NCBI GenBank assembly: GCA_003344405.1 | Contig: NOWV01000013.1 | Coordinates: 558,001-622,000, forward strand | Length of the DNA stretch: 64,000 nucleotides | From: Trichoplax sp. H2 | Lineage: Eukaryota | Direction: 5' to 3' | In this document: positions 1 to 14,068 of the stretch, piece by piece | How the letters are laid out: each line of letters begins with the position of its first letter | How positions within the stretch are numbered: the first letter of the stretch is position 1 | Translations under genes and position numbers: made by a program | The notes under the pieces: generated by a model | The model's database searches: none | Told to the model about the DNA's origin: nothing | What the model saw: the letters and a program-made list of their open reading frames with translations, nothing else

Positions 1-3000
1 ATCGACAGCCGTAAAGCTAATAACTTTAATCTTCATCTGCTATTATACTAAATTCAATGTTCGCACAGTATAAAATTAAAAAACTTCATGATAGTATGCT
101 ATGATCGTAACCTTTCTTACTTAGCATTTCTGTATACCGAAAAGTACAGAATTGCAATTCTTCAACTCTCGGTTTGTAAACTCTAGCTCATCTTGCATAT
201 GATGGATAGGAGAATAAAAGGCCTTTTTCCTACCTCTACGGTTTAATCTTGTTGGAATTATTTAGAAATGCATATGTCGGCAATGATGACCATAGCTATT
301 GTGAGTACCAAGTAGTAATTGGTACCGCCATCATGATTATCATAATAATCACTAATCACTGATTAATGGATTATTACGGGGAGCAATCAGTTCTATAATT
401 GTACTGTACATACGTGTAGAGTCTGCTTCATAGCCCCAAATTAATTTATTTTCTCAGTATAGAATCATAACGATATGGCGTTGATTATATAGTATTTGCT
501 AGTAAATAATTATATTTCATTTTAGTATCACGACTACATCATCGGTCTGGTCTTCATGGTTGTACTTGCTAATTGGAAACACTGTTCGACATGGTTGTGC
601 AGATAATCTTCTATTGCAAAATATACACTGATTAAGGTAGAATACTGTAATAGATCATAATAAATACACCATTTGTAGCGTACTGAATATTTTTTTTATT
701 CTGAATGATTCACTGCAAGCTTTCGTGAAATAAGATCAAATTACCATCATTTCAGTTAGGCCTGATTCGATCACCATACTAAAGAATAAAATTGAGCTTT
801 GAAAGCATCAATGCCGTAAAGTGCGATATTGCGTGCTTCTAGTCGTAACAAACTTTGCATAGAAATGTAATCAGATATCGGACTAGATGTTTATAATTTT
901 TCACGGTAATCGCAAATATAGGATGTTTATTAATTTATGAGTGCTTAACGTGTTACGATCGGTAAACAAAATATTTGAGAAGAGACAATGTAGCTCTACG
1001 TATTGTGCTTAAGGTAATACAGTATGACTGTTTTGATCGGATCATCATTTTAAGCTAGTACTATACGATAATAGTTTATCTATCAAAGCCAGATCATACG
1101 GTAGGATCTTTCAATTAGCCAATAATGCTTTATTATAGATATTAGGCGTTTCTTCTCTTTTTCATATGAGTATTGTATTTTAGCAGTATTCAGGAAAGCT
1201 ATCACATTAAGAAGTTGAAAACAACACGTGAAGCCAAATAACAATAACAATACCTTTTTAATTCGTATTCAGGGAAGTAATCGGTGCTATTTTGAAGCCC
1301 GTATTTGTCATCATGTTCAACTTTAGTGATAAAATAAAATATTAATTGTAAGAAAGAGTGAGAACTTTTCCCTTACTTGTGATTCTGAAATTAATCATCA
1401 TCGTCAAATGTTAAAACAAGTAAAAATAGCTATTACCCTAATAATTGTAATGTATTTGCTTACTTTGTCTTCTATTGACAGACATTGCGTTCTAGTAAAC
1501 AGTCTAGTTCATTGAAACTATTGTTATTCTAAGTGATCTAAAATATGCAATAGGCTTTTTGTTCATGATTATATACATCTAAAATTTCTGATAAATAGGC
1601 GTTGCGCTTAATGGCTTCTATAAATATAAGGTACAGATTTTGATCCTGTTATTAGTGGATAATACTGAAATTAAGAGCTATCTTAAATAAATAAACGTAT
1701 TAGATCAAAGTATCTTGAAAACTGGCATACCGTACTACCCATCTGAATGTTTAGGCAACATCTACGTACAGTCTATGATCTATAGAACAGTATTGTCTAA
1801 CGATCTGATTCTTTCGTTATTCTATTGAGTTACACAGCTAATAGCACAATACTTTTGCTATTCTATCTCACAATCTATATTATATATGTACTCTATAAAT
1901 ATATTTATTTCTGGGAGCTATTCCACCTGATCTAATATTGTTTGGGTCACGATCCGTGGCAAAACGCTGTTATTCTCATTGTATTAGTCGATCAGTAATT
2001 AAGCACGTTTGTTAAATATTTTTATTTTTTGCAGAAAGATATTCACAAAGATAATTTTTTATGGAGGGTCAAAGTACTCTACGATCGGAATTTATCCATG
2101 ATTAGTACTGTCAGATGTATAAGTTTGACAGTAGGACGATCATAGTACAGTGATACTAACTGGAAGCAAAAGTGTTTTCTCATTAAGGTCATTAAATTGA
2201 AAATTTTATATTTAAGTGAATCGCGTATTATGTAGGCTGATAAAATGCTCATATTTATTAAAAGATAATGATTAAACGACTAATTCTTAAACGAAAAGCA
2301 TTCCTTATGGATACATACATGCACAATATACGGTACAAGTATACAGTATATATGACATAATAATTTAAGCTTCTACCGTTCCTGTAGGTATACCCGTGTA
2401 GTGACTTTCTGTTAACATGTAAATACTCATAATATTCTTTTCGTATGTAGATAATTAAACAATTTACAAATAATAAATTTATTCTTAGCTATTCCTTCCT
2501 AAATTTTTAGGAATAATAATAGTACAGATGGTGCTATAGTACTATCTATTCATCTAAATCAGAAGAAGTACCTCTGTACTGGCCGTACATATGTACAGTA
2601 TTTTCGAAATCTACCGTTTTGTCTGTAAGGTACTATACTATACTGTACTGTAGATCATCAAGTTATAGTACAACCGCCAAAGGAGTGCAATACTATTAAT
2701 ATTCATCATCAATATCACCGTTTTTTTTTTCAATTCTTATAATAGTACGAGTAGTATGTTATATGCTTAGCTCAAGACTAAATTTATGATGAAGCCTTTT
2801 TATATTTACTGAATTTAATTTCTTTTACGCCTCTGATATCTGATCATGTTTCGCTTGATGATTAAGCGATTTGCTAAAGTGCACTAATAAAGCTCTAGTT
2901 CTAAATTACTCTAGATCAAATAAATTAAGCAATTTTAGTCATGAATAATTTTTTTAGATATCTACCTCAATGAATACTCGCATGTTACGTTATTGTCTAG

Positions 3001-3899
3001 AATAGTCCATGACAGCTGATAGATGAATGAATGGCCGGATTAAGCATGCTAACACAGGGTGCTATAACCTAATCATTGCATTACATTAGACAATGCACAG
3101 TACAGTACAGTACAATCATTGATTGCTTACAAAGTAAGAAAAAAATTGAGCATGCTGGTTCGTGTTGGAAAGCTACGGTAATGTTAATGCTGATGCGATG
3201 CTCCAACACGGTATGCAGCCATGTGTTTATGTATGAAGCAATATTGAGCATAGTATCTTCCTATTGGTGTACACTGTACAATCAAAATTTCATAATATGG
3301 GATTTTAGTAAAAAGTACTAGGTGAAAAAGTAAGACGAAAAATTACATCAATTATTACTTGTTCAAAGATTAAGTGATCGATACTTAAGTATCATGATCG
3401 TAAAATGTTCACACTGATATAAAAAATATCTAAAGATAGTCATAGTATTGTACTGTACTGTACATGAGACAATCTTCACAAAAGTTCCATTCACCAATGT
3501 ATTGTCTACTCTACATCAACGAGGTAAAATATTATTTTACCTCGTCATTTATTTATTGGTAATTTCGAAATTTAGTAGTCCAAGTCTAAGGTTTACCATG
3601 GTTTTAGCGCAGGTTTTACTAGGCTTTGCCAGGCCACCTTGTCTACAGTACAGTACTGTAAAACGACGAGGGTATTGTACACTGTACATTGTAGACTAGT
3701 GCAGCCCATGCGTGACAATGAATGAATGAATGAAAGACAAAAATGTTCCTTCAAGTTTCAACGATACGCTCACGTACTCAACCGAGCCCAGTGTGTTGTA
3801 GTGTACGCCACGTACTGTACGCGTACTGGTACTGTTCGATTCCTTTGGTTCCTGCCGCGTCAGATTTTTTTAGGTTCATTTTTGGCGTGTGACTCACCT

Positions 3900-4375
3900 T
3901 GCAACTGACTACAGTACTGTGTGCCGTACAGTACTGCACCATTATACTGTGCTGTATGTTATCATCGTACAGTAGGTGGTAAACGATACCCATTTCAACG
4001 TCATTCGCCGATTTCTCGTGCCGGTGAGTTACATTGCAACTGACTACAGTACAATACACTACAGTACAGTACAGTACAGTACAGTACAGTACAGTACAGT
4101 ACATCGCAACTGACTACAGTACAGTACTGTACTGTACTGTACAGTACAGTACTGTAGTCGTACTGGAATGGACTGTACTTTATGTTATCATCGTACTGTA
4201 CGTACTGTAGGTTGGTAAACAATACCAATTTCAACGTCATCCGCAATCTCTCGTACGGGTGAGTTACAGTACAGTACTGTAGTCGTACTGGAATGGACTG
4301 TACTGTATGTTATCATCGTACGTAGGTGGTAAACAATACCAATTTCAACGTCATCCGCGATAGCTCGTGCCGGTC
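3900..4375. repeat. Three-copy degenerate direct repeat (about 105-235 bp units) with embedded (TACAG)n/(CTGTA)n microsatellite, upstream of SLC12A paralog 1
   Basis: The core 'tatgttatcatcgtac...gtaggt(t)ggtaaac(g/a)atacc(c/a)atttcaacgtcat...ctcgt(g/a)c(c/g)ggt' recurs at about 3955, 4180 and 4306. A pure TACAG run lies at about 4060-4101. Confidence 0.9.
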
Positions 4376-4556
4376 GTATTTTGCTTTTAACGCTATATGA
4401 AAATGAAACTAGAGGAGGAGTAACGCCGGCTTCAATGGTGATCGAAAATAGAAGGAAAATCGTTCCAATTTTCCATTGATACGGTGTAGAGCAATCGATT
4501 ACCGGTAAAGTAAAGCCATCGTGCAGCTTGCCTTCATTTTTCGTTAATATTACATC

Positions 4557-7500
4557 ATGCCTACGAAACTTTCCAATCTTAAAAATACGGACGATAAATC
4601 GAAAGCGTCCAAGTTTCGCGTTAGGGTCGTCAATTCCAATCCAGAAGCCAATGATAATTTACCGGTTACCAACCAAAATATTGATGTCTGTCAGGTCAAA
4701 ATGGATTATGCGCCTGATACACGTCAGGAGGAAGCATGTACATCCGATCTTCATTCCTGTATAAAATATCGTCAAGTAGATGAAGAAAAGGGTATGATGG
4801 AGAGTTACCAATCGAAACGAGGATTGAATACCGTTAGCCATAACAGTGGGCCACCTTGTCATTCATCGAAATTAGATAGTCGTAAATCCCGAAACGATAA
4901 TTTGGAGGTCGCCTTCGATCTTTCATCTTGTGGTCATGGTAGTAAAATCTCGAATAGCAAAAATGATTATAGGACAAATTATAGTGAATCCGCTCATCAC
5001 ATTGATACCTATAGTCCTTATTATACCACGGAAGCTTTGCCCATGTTAACATTTTACAAGCAAGCTACTACACCCAATTCCAACTATGGAAGCCGACCAA
5101 CGTTAGACGACCTTCATTGTCCAGATGTCAGTATGACTAGAATAAATTCTATTTTATAGCTATTATTTCATACACTTATTGTCATGTTAAAGAAAGTATA
5201 GTAGTATAATGTCGTCCATGCCGCTTGATATTCTTCGTACTTTCTAGTTATTGCTACTTCAATACCGATAGGAAAAAAACTTTGCAATCAATATTTATTC
5301 CTTATTTCCTTGCCTACAGTATACGATAGCGTTAGGAATAATGTCTTGTAATCATGATACCACATATTATAAATTGGTTAGAGCAAGTAATGGAGAATGG
5401 AACCAATTTTTCTTGAGTTAGAAACAAAGTTACTCGTATACAGTAACGGTGATCTGCTCTGCCAATAAATTGCTGTTGAGGATAAGATTGCAATCGTAAC
5501 AAGTAATCTCTGATTTAGAAAACTCCCGCGCGAGAAACTGAAACAGTGGCAACTCAAAAGTTGAAAACCAATGGAGTTGATGATGCATCAAAATTCGGTT
5601 GGATTAAGGGCGTCCTGGTATGATATTTTTTTTTAACTTAAATCTGACTTTTATACATTGTCGCATCTGTTTCTGTGCGAATGTGATCCTTAAGTAAAGT
5701 AGTAATGTAAACTTCTTAAAGTGGACTTAAGACGGAAATGAAAAAGATTTAGTACGACATTCAACTAGAAATAAGTCGTCACTTCTTGTATATACTCGTG
5801 CATATTGTAATATGGGCTACTAAGGATTCCTGTGGCTCTTGACTAGACTCTAGTGGTCTCGGCTTTCCGCATATTTGTATCAGTTACTTGTCAAAGCTTT
5901 AATTTTCCTAGCAATTCTTTATGCTTATACTTACCCACAGGCGACTTTGTGCATTTTGTGCACAAGGCGATCGCCTCTTTTTACACTCTTAAGTTAAAGG
6001 CAAAGTGATTGATTTAATTTATGATATTCTATGTTGTATGAAAAACCTTCATAAAGAATGAATATGTTCTTTATTTCTTTGATTAATGATATCATTTATT
6101 CCTCAGTAGGTTGACTGAAACTATTGATAAACAATTACGATATAATAACTTTATCGCCGCTGTTTACTCTGTTAATGCAGATTCGATGCTTGTTAAATAT
6201 TTGGGGAGTTATGTTGTTTTCACGTCTATCCTGGGTAGTTGGCCAAGCCGGTCTAGGTAGGAGAACAAAATGGCAGTCAACTTTGTTATGATTAATTCAA
6301 TTGAGCATGTTAATATAGCATTGTATTATGTTAACGTATTATGTGCAAGAGAATACCGTTGCCTTTCATGATATCAATAATGACAATTATTGCCATTTTA
6401 TAATTCTTCAACGATTTTTTAACTCGTATTATATATTAGAGTTATTGTTTACATCAATTATGACGTCGATACAATAGCTTGTAAGTGATTTTGAAATCTG
6501 ACAACAGTTTAATCTAGTATCAGCTTGCTTGCGATATGAAATTTGAATTTTTTTATAGTTGGTTTGATATTGGTATTACTCATCTAGAGATATTCTTAAT
6601 TCTTTGAATTTTTTATTTCTATATACAGTGCATGTAGAGGAATTCATTTGAGAACATACAGTATATTCACTTACTGTTACGTGGAATTTATAATAGAATA
6701 ATTTTTATTATATTGCTGTCCCATTCTCTACTGTACTGTAGGTCGTTATACGCTAGTGTGTAGAAATGGGGTTATACTAGGGGATTGATTCACGTATGAT
6801 TACTATATATTTGGCTAATATGATTTAAGACCCCTATAATTGATATATTATTTTTAAAATTTTAAAGTTTTAGAGTTGATCACAGACTAATAAATAACAA
6901 CATAGGCGTGTAACGTAACTGATACTGATTCATTGCCTTCGTGTTTTGGGGTTCATATGATAGGCTTCGCTTTGCTGATTATTCTTCTAGCGGCAGTAAT
7001 AACTGTTGTAACTACTTTGTCTATGTCTGCTATTTGTAGTAATGGAGAAGTAAAAGGGGGTACGTAGTTATATAATTGGTATTTCTATAAATCTAAATTT
7101 ATTAGAAGATATATTACTGTGATACTAGCTATTCAGTTATAAAACTTTATGTTCGTTTCTTTTGAAGGTGGTGCATACTACCTGATTTCTAGAAGTTTAG
7201 GACCTGAATTTGGTACTTTTTACGCAATTCGAATAAAATCGAACGATATGTTAACTAAATTATGCGCATGGATTAGTTATTTTACGTCCTTGTTCTGCGA
7301 TATAGGTGGCGCTATAGGATTAATATTCTCCACCGCTAACGCTATCGGTGTAGCATTGTACATTGTTGGTTTTGCTGAAGCTGTGAGAGATTATCTAAAG
7401 GTAATTTGATGGAATCATCAATTAAAATTAAATTAGACTGAAGATTATCTTATTAAAATTTCAAAAAATTTTTATAAATACTTTATTATTCTTCCATGCA

Positions 7501-10500
7501 TGCTAGGTTATAAACGTTGTCATAGTCGATGATCTTAATGATATTCGCATTATTGGCGTGATAGCAGCTACACTCATATTTGTTATCGTAATGATCGGCG
7601 TAGCATGGGAAGCCAGGGTAAGTTCGCGATATAATCATTGACGAATTAGACATTAAAGTAAATTATAACGGTAGGAACTTTTAGTCCAATGTATCAAAAG
7701 AAAATAATTAATATATAATTATGCATTATTACCTTATCATATAAGGCCCAGCTCATCTTATTTGTTTTACTGGTTGGAGCGATTATAAACTGCATAGTTG
7801 GTCCGATTATTTATTCTTTTACAATGCCCGAAGAAAAGCGTCTTCGCGGATTTACTGGACTAAACGGTAAGATGCCCATGCAATTATATTATGAATAACG
7901 ATAGCAATGTTTCTTTACAGTAATGATCATATATTTTAGGGACTACTTTCTTAGCCAATATGCCTTCGAAATTTTCACCCGGCGAATCATTCTTTACAAT
8001 TTTTGCTGTTTTCTTTCCTGCTGCAACTGGTATCCTCGCAGGTGCTAATGTTTCAGCAATTTTAAAGGTAAAAACTACATACAGATAGAATATCTAACGG
8101 TGAAAATTAGAGTTGCTATTTACTTCAGAAGTAGTAAATGCGTAATTTTACAGAATCCCTCAAAATCAATACCGAAAGGAACGTTATCAGCCATTTTGAT
8201 CAGTACCATCACATATTTGGGTTTGGCTTGTCTATTTGCATCATCGGTCGTCCGATCAACCGCTTATGCTTCTGATGGTATTAACGTTGTAAACTGCACA
8301 TTTCCGAATAGTTACGGACTCCTATGTGATTATCAGGTAATTAATTATTTTTTTGCAGTGACGTGAAGGATACTTTCTAGTTTAGCAAGATTTCATTTCG
8401 TTACCTATTATGAAAAATTGAATTGATGTACTGTATTAAATCATAGGTTGCAAGTATGATTTCTGCTTGGGAACCTTTAACTGCTGCTGGTAACTGTATA
8501 TTCAATATTTTAAATGTGCTACAAATTAACCTTTGTAACACTATACCTATGACTAATCGAGTTGAGTAGTATTTCATTATCACTATTGTTAATAATCCAT
8601 TAACATTTAACGTTACTATTATTCAAGGTATTTTTGCAGCTACAATTTCTTCGGCTTTAGCAAGCTTGGTAGGAGCTCCAAATGTTTTACAGGTACACAC
8701 GTGCTTTATTTAAATCGAATACAATCGATCTAATCATTTTAGTCTCATGATAAGGCTGTTGGGAAAGACAAACTATTTCCGTACGTTAAAATATTTGGCG
8801 TTGGCTATGGAAAAATGCAAGAACCTCGTAGAGGATATGCACTTACGTATGCTATATCGATGGCATTCATTGCCATAGGTACGGTACATGATACAACTAC
8901 GTTATATTTATCTTATCTAATATAGATTTATGCTTGGACAATAATATATAAGCATACCGTTAGCTCTAATTTTCAATTTTTCGTTAGGAGACCTCAATGA
9001 CATAGCTCCGATCATTTCAAATTTTTTTTTAATCGCTTATGCATTAATCAACTATTCATGCTTTGACGCATCGCAAGCATGTTCACCAGGTACAGCAAAT
9101 GTAGTCGGAAAAATTTTTATGAACCGTCTTTTACTTTCTTACATTTTCTCTTTTTAACGTGATAGTAATACTGTAATTTAATTAGTAAGTTGGATGATAT
9201 TTATTGAAAGAAATTATTTAAACAATACTTTGATAGGATGGCGGCCATCATTCAAATATTATTCCAAATGGTGTTCACTTCTTGGCGCTGTGCTCTGCAT
9301 TGGTGCGATGTTTGTAATTAATTGGTGGGCTGCCTTGATAACCATTGGTTTCGTTGCTAGCTTATATAAATACGTTGATTATACAAAACCAGGTACATCT
9401 TGAAGCATTGATTTGATAGATACCTTTTTCAATATCTAAAATAGCTATTAATAACGAGAAACGATTTTACTGAAATATTTAGAGGTCAATTGGGGTTCGT
9501 CTGTGCAAGCCCGTCAATACGTCAGCGCATTAAATGCCGCATATAGACTTAATGCGACTCTTGACCATGTCAAAAATTTTCGGTAGATATCAACTGTTTT
9601 CGTTGTTCAACATTTTGCCATGCTGTTGTAACTGAAGATAGCTGGTATTATTATTATCGATGTCTAGCCCACAGTGTCTTGTACTATGCGGAAATATATC
9701 TGAAAGAAGAAATCTCGTTCAGTTTGCCTCGCACTTTACAACCAACACTGGATTATTAATTTGTGGTATTATTCAGCCGGTATGAGTCAATATAATTCTT
9801 AAAATGTTTTTCTAGATAGCTTGAATCATTCTAAAACTATTGAAGAATATAAAGTGATAAATGATGATAATCAATTAGGAAAAGGCTCGAGAACGCTTGC
9901 AGGAGCAGTATGAAATCTTGCAGCAGATGAAAGTAAAGCTGAACTCATTTCTCAATTATTTTATTATTTTAAATGAAAATTGTTATCAATCGTAACTGTA
10001 AATTAGTAGCACTAAATGAATGTACTATTTCATTGTAGATCAGAGCTTTTATTTCATCGGTGACCAGCAATGATTTACTTTCCGGTGCGAGATCGTTAAT
10101 GCAAGCATGTGGTTTAGGCAAATTGTCTCCAAATATGATTCTGTTCGGATATATGGAAAATTGGAAAAATCGTCTTACTTTGGTGGACGATTATGTAAAT
10201 ATAATCCAGTAAGAAAAAATGTCATGTTTTCTGCTCATTTCTGTACTACTTAGTTCATTACACTCGGAATAAAATTAAGAGAAATTTTAAACAATTTCTA
10301 GCGATGCGTTTGATTTAAATTTTGGGGTAGCGATATTTCGAAATAAGAATAATATTTCCATGGTACCTAATAAAGGTATGTTGTACATTGTACAACTAAA
10401 ATGGCATATACTAGTATTATTTTAATTATTTTTGTCTACACCTATAATGTGATTTCTCTAAATCATGTTGAGACGTTTTAAATAAAATTTATATAAAATT

Positions 10501-11929
10501 TATTATGAAGCTGAAAACTCCACCCGAAATACTAACGAAAGTAAAAATGGTTTGGATGAAATCTTAACAGAAATGGTAAAACTTTCTCCAGATGATAACT
10601 TTACTCAATTAAAAGATAAACCCAAAAGAAAAAACGTAATTGATATCTGGTGGATTTATGACGACGGGGGTAAATAAATTATGGCTTACTACTTGTAATT
10701 CCGTTTGCAATTGTTAATATTCATTTTAGACATCGAGAATGCTGTAGTATTCCCATATTAGTTACATTGTAAAAGTTTTAATTTTGGTTTTGTTATAGGT
10801 TTGACTGTTTTGATCCCTTACTTACTAAGCCTAAGCAGATATTGGTCAAATTGCAAATTGAGAGTATTAACCCCTGGAAAGCCAGAGAGACTGCAGCTAA
10901 CAATGATTAGGTAGTTATAGTAGTTAGACATTCGTAATTCTTGAATTGAATCAAAGTAGTAGGAAATGTAATGAAATTTCGAACTCTGGCAAGTTCAACT
11001 GGTTGTGTGTACATTATTGCACGGATTAAAATGAAGTCCTAGGGAAGTTTTTGTAGAAGTTCCAATATCGATGTTACTGAATGATACCGTGTCCCAAAAC
11101 GTCTAATCGCATACCATGCTATCTAGATGCTAGATAATGTTTGTGTAAAATTTTTGTGGAATAGACATGTATAAACAAATAGTAACTTGGAATGAGCTAA
11201 TCGAGTAATGACTGACCATTAAATTATACGAATTTCGGTTGTTATGTATACTACGAGTATTTTTATCTCCCTATGTTAAAAATAAATTTCTTATTAACTT
11301 CAACCGTTGTGTCTGCCTCCCAATAGGATGGCAACTCTTTTGAAAAAGTTTCGCATAGATTATGAAAATGTAATTGCCTTGGGTGATATAAATGAAGAAC
11401 CTTGTGAGGAGAGGTACAGTATTGAAATTGTGATAGTCAATAATAATACGGACATACGTCGTATAATTGCTAAAGTTAATAACGTTTATATAATTTTAGC
11501 ATATCCCTTTTTCGGGAACTCTCTGCTGACTGCGAATATTGTGATAATAACTTGGAGCTGGATGATAAAGTAAGTTAAGATCGTTCATACTGAACTATTT
11601 CTATTGCATCGAACTAACTGCAAACTATTAATACCGTTAAACAGTCTAAAAGACACATCAAAATTGGCGAATTGTTATTGAAGCATTCTGCCGGATCAAA
11701 TTTGGTAGTTATGTATGTATTATTTTTTTATATTATCATTGAGCCTGATGTAAGACTTTTTAAACGAAATATGTTTTAATCGTTCTTTAGCACCTTACCT
11801 ATACCTCGTAAGAATGTCTGTACCGCAACTAAATATATGAGTTGGTTGGAGGTTATATCTGGTTCACTAACTTGTCCGGTATTAATGATACGTGGAAACC
11901 AAACTAATGTTTTAACGTTTAATTCTTAA
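4557..11929 (+). CDS. Cation-chloride cotransporter, NKCC/NCC branch (SLC12A1/2/3-like), paralog 1, about 26 exons
   Basis: Spliced exons: 4557-5126, 5519-5617 (KFGWIKGVL), 6181-6256 ([23 protein letters not shown]), [98 protein letters not shown], last exon 11791-11929 ([12 protein letters not shown]). All introns are GT-AG with consistent phase. Confidence 0.95.
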
Positions 11930-14068
11930 GTAGTGATTATAGTTAAAAAATCGATACTAACACGAGAAGTATGAAATTTAAAACTTTCCTATCATATACT
12001 TCAATATCTCCTTAAGTTGCTTCTGCACAGTATATGCATACGTGTATGGTATTTCAACAAGATTAAGATTTAAAAGAATTCAAGATAAAAACATTAAGAT
12101 GCTATTATGCTGTCTCAGATAGCTCGTTGTTCGTAATGCGATGCACTATATCTTATTAGCGGATTTAAGTCAGTACTTTTAATTTTGCTGTGCAATTATC
12201 ATTGTTATATTTTCATCAGACAAGCCTATCTGATATATAATTATAATTGAATTTATACTGAAAATATATTTGCTGATTTGATAATGTATTGATACACATA
12301 CCTTCCTGTCGTTCAAATCCTGTATTTACGTTTATACTGAATAGTCAAAAATTTTTACTTGTATTAAATTACAAAGTTTCAGTTTCACATGAAGACGATA
12401 AATACCACATGTAAGACTGCAATACATCGCTGTAATTAGTACTTATATCACAATTTTTACGCAATACTCTACGCTGTATATTTAACATGTGGAAAGTTAT
12501 ACACGCTTCTATCCTATACGCGTATTGAATAATACAGTATATAGAAAATTTTGTGTCATCATTGGTGTGTAAAAAATCTTTTATATTTTTTTCCATTAAC
12601 TGTAATTTCGTCTATTTGCAATTATAATTTTCATGTAACTATCCACTCTAATATCGATCTTCTATTGAAATACCATGATAGAAGTAATAAAAATTGTTAT
12701 CATTGCAGTTGACCGTGACGTACATTATGGCATAGGTTTTCGAAAGCTGTGGCAAAAGTATTGCAAATATCTAATGATATCTTTTATTGCTATACTAGAA
12801 GAGTGTTAATCTGTCCAGTGTAGTCGACAGAAGAGAAAGGGACAGGGCATGGACGAAAGCTGTAAAAAATGTGTAGGCCGACTTTTTTGCTAGTCATTTC
12901 AACTGTACTGACCATCGGTAATCGTAGGCTATACCGTATAGGAGCCTGCTCCAAATTAGCTGCCTGGCTGGTTTTGCATAGTACGGTGCAAAGTTACAGC
13001 TGCAGCTTATTGTTAAATGACTGCAAAAAAAAGTCGACCTCCACATTTTTTGCAGCTTTCTGCCGTATCCAAGTCCCTCTCTTCTTTTTCGAGTAGTTGA
13101 TTGCATACGTAGATGAGACCTTTGCAAAAATTTAATATTCTTATCCCCATCCCATCGTATTTATTACTGTATTTTCATATGATAGTCACACTCGCAGTAG
13201 CCCAAAATAAATCTATAACACCGGCTAGTGTGCTCGCTATCACATTAAAAGTCATTGCCAACCTACTTTACAGCGCTAATTCCAATCGTTTATGACTTTA
13301 AATGAGTTTATTTTGCAAAATCGATATTAATTAATTAACTTCATTCATCTCAAGCCGCGCCCTCGACATCACCTGTGCACTCGTATAATCCAATTGACGT
13401 CATGTCGTACTGTGCAAAAATATTGTCATGTCTTTCCATTTCTTTTTGATCCTATGATACGACAGATTAATGAATAAAAACGCTCTCTTAATGGGATGAC
13501 AGCTATATTGCACAGCTCTCCTTTAGACTTGGCTCTGTTTTGCCAACACCCGGAGTACAGTATCCTTATTAAGGACTCTAGTATAGTGCAGTATCGTATG
13601 CTGTACCATGCAGCACTGCGCAGGCCCAACTATTGTATAACTAATGTCACTAAAGTACGCTGAGGCAAAGATCTGTATTACTTATTTAAAGTTAAGTAAC
13701 CGTACCAGCCTAAACCGCCAAACAGTCCCAATATATAAATTACAATTCCTTTATTAGCGTTTCCAGCGGCGTTTTATTGAATCATTTCCTTGTCCTAAAA
13801 ACAAATGAATCATTTGCTTGGGGCTCTATTAAACTGTAAGTAAGACAAAAATTGAAACTATTCGATCTGCTGTTGATTGGCATATAAAAGTAAGCATCAT
13901 CTAGACATATCTACTGTAGATACTCACTCGTAGCTGGGAGACAATCGATGTTACACTAATCTAAAAAATGAATTAAGATTATGCCAACTTGCTTGACTCT
14001 AGGACACATTTAGGCAGGGAATTTGGCTAGATTGCCAATTATTAACTAATAACAACAGCTAGTAAAGC

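Noticed and set aside
1-300. Possible minus-strand exons at the window edge (e.g. MKIKVISFTAVD, ...RYTEML|GTAAG)
   Set aside because: No consistent phase chain or recognisable protein, and the region is truncated by the window.
3076-4246. ORFs rich in YCTVL/YSTVQ (also at 36117-37504 and 62395-63028)
   Set aside because: These are translations of the TACAG/CTGTA microsatellite, not proteins.
12369-13629. Short ORFs between the SLC12 paralogs, and a GTATCCTT U12-like donor at about 13560
   Set aside because: No homology, no supporting exon chain and no convincing U12 branch site.
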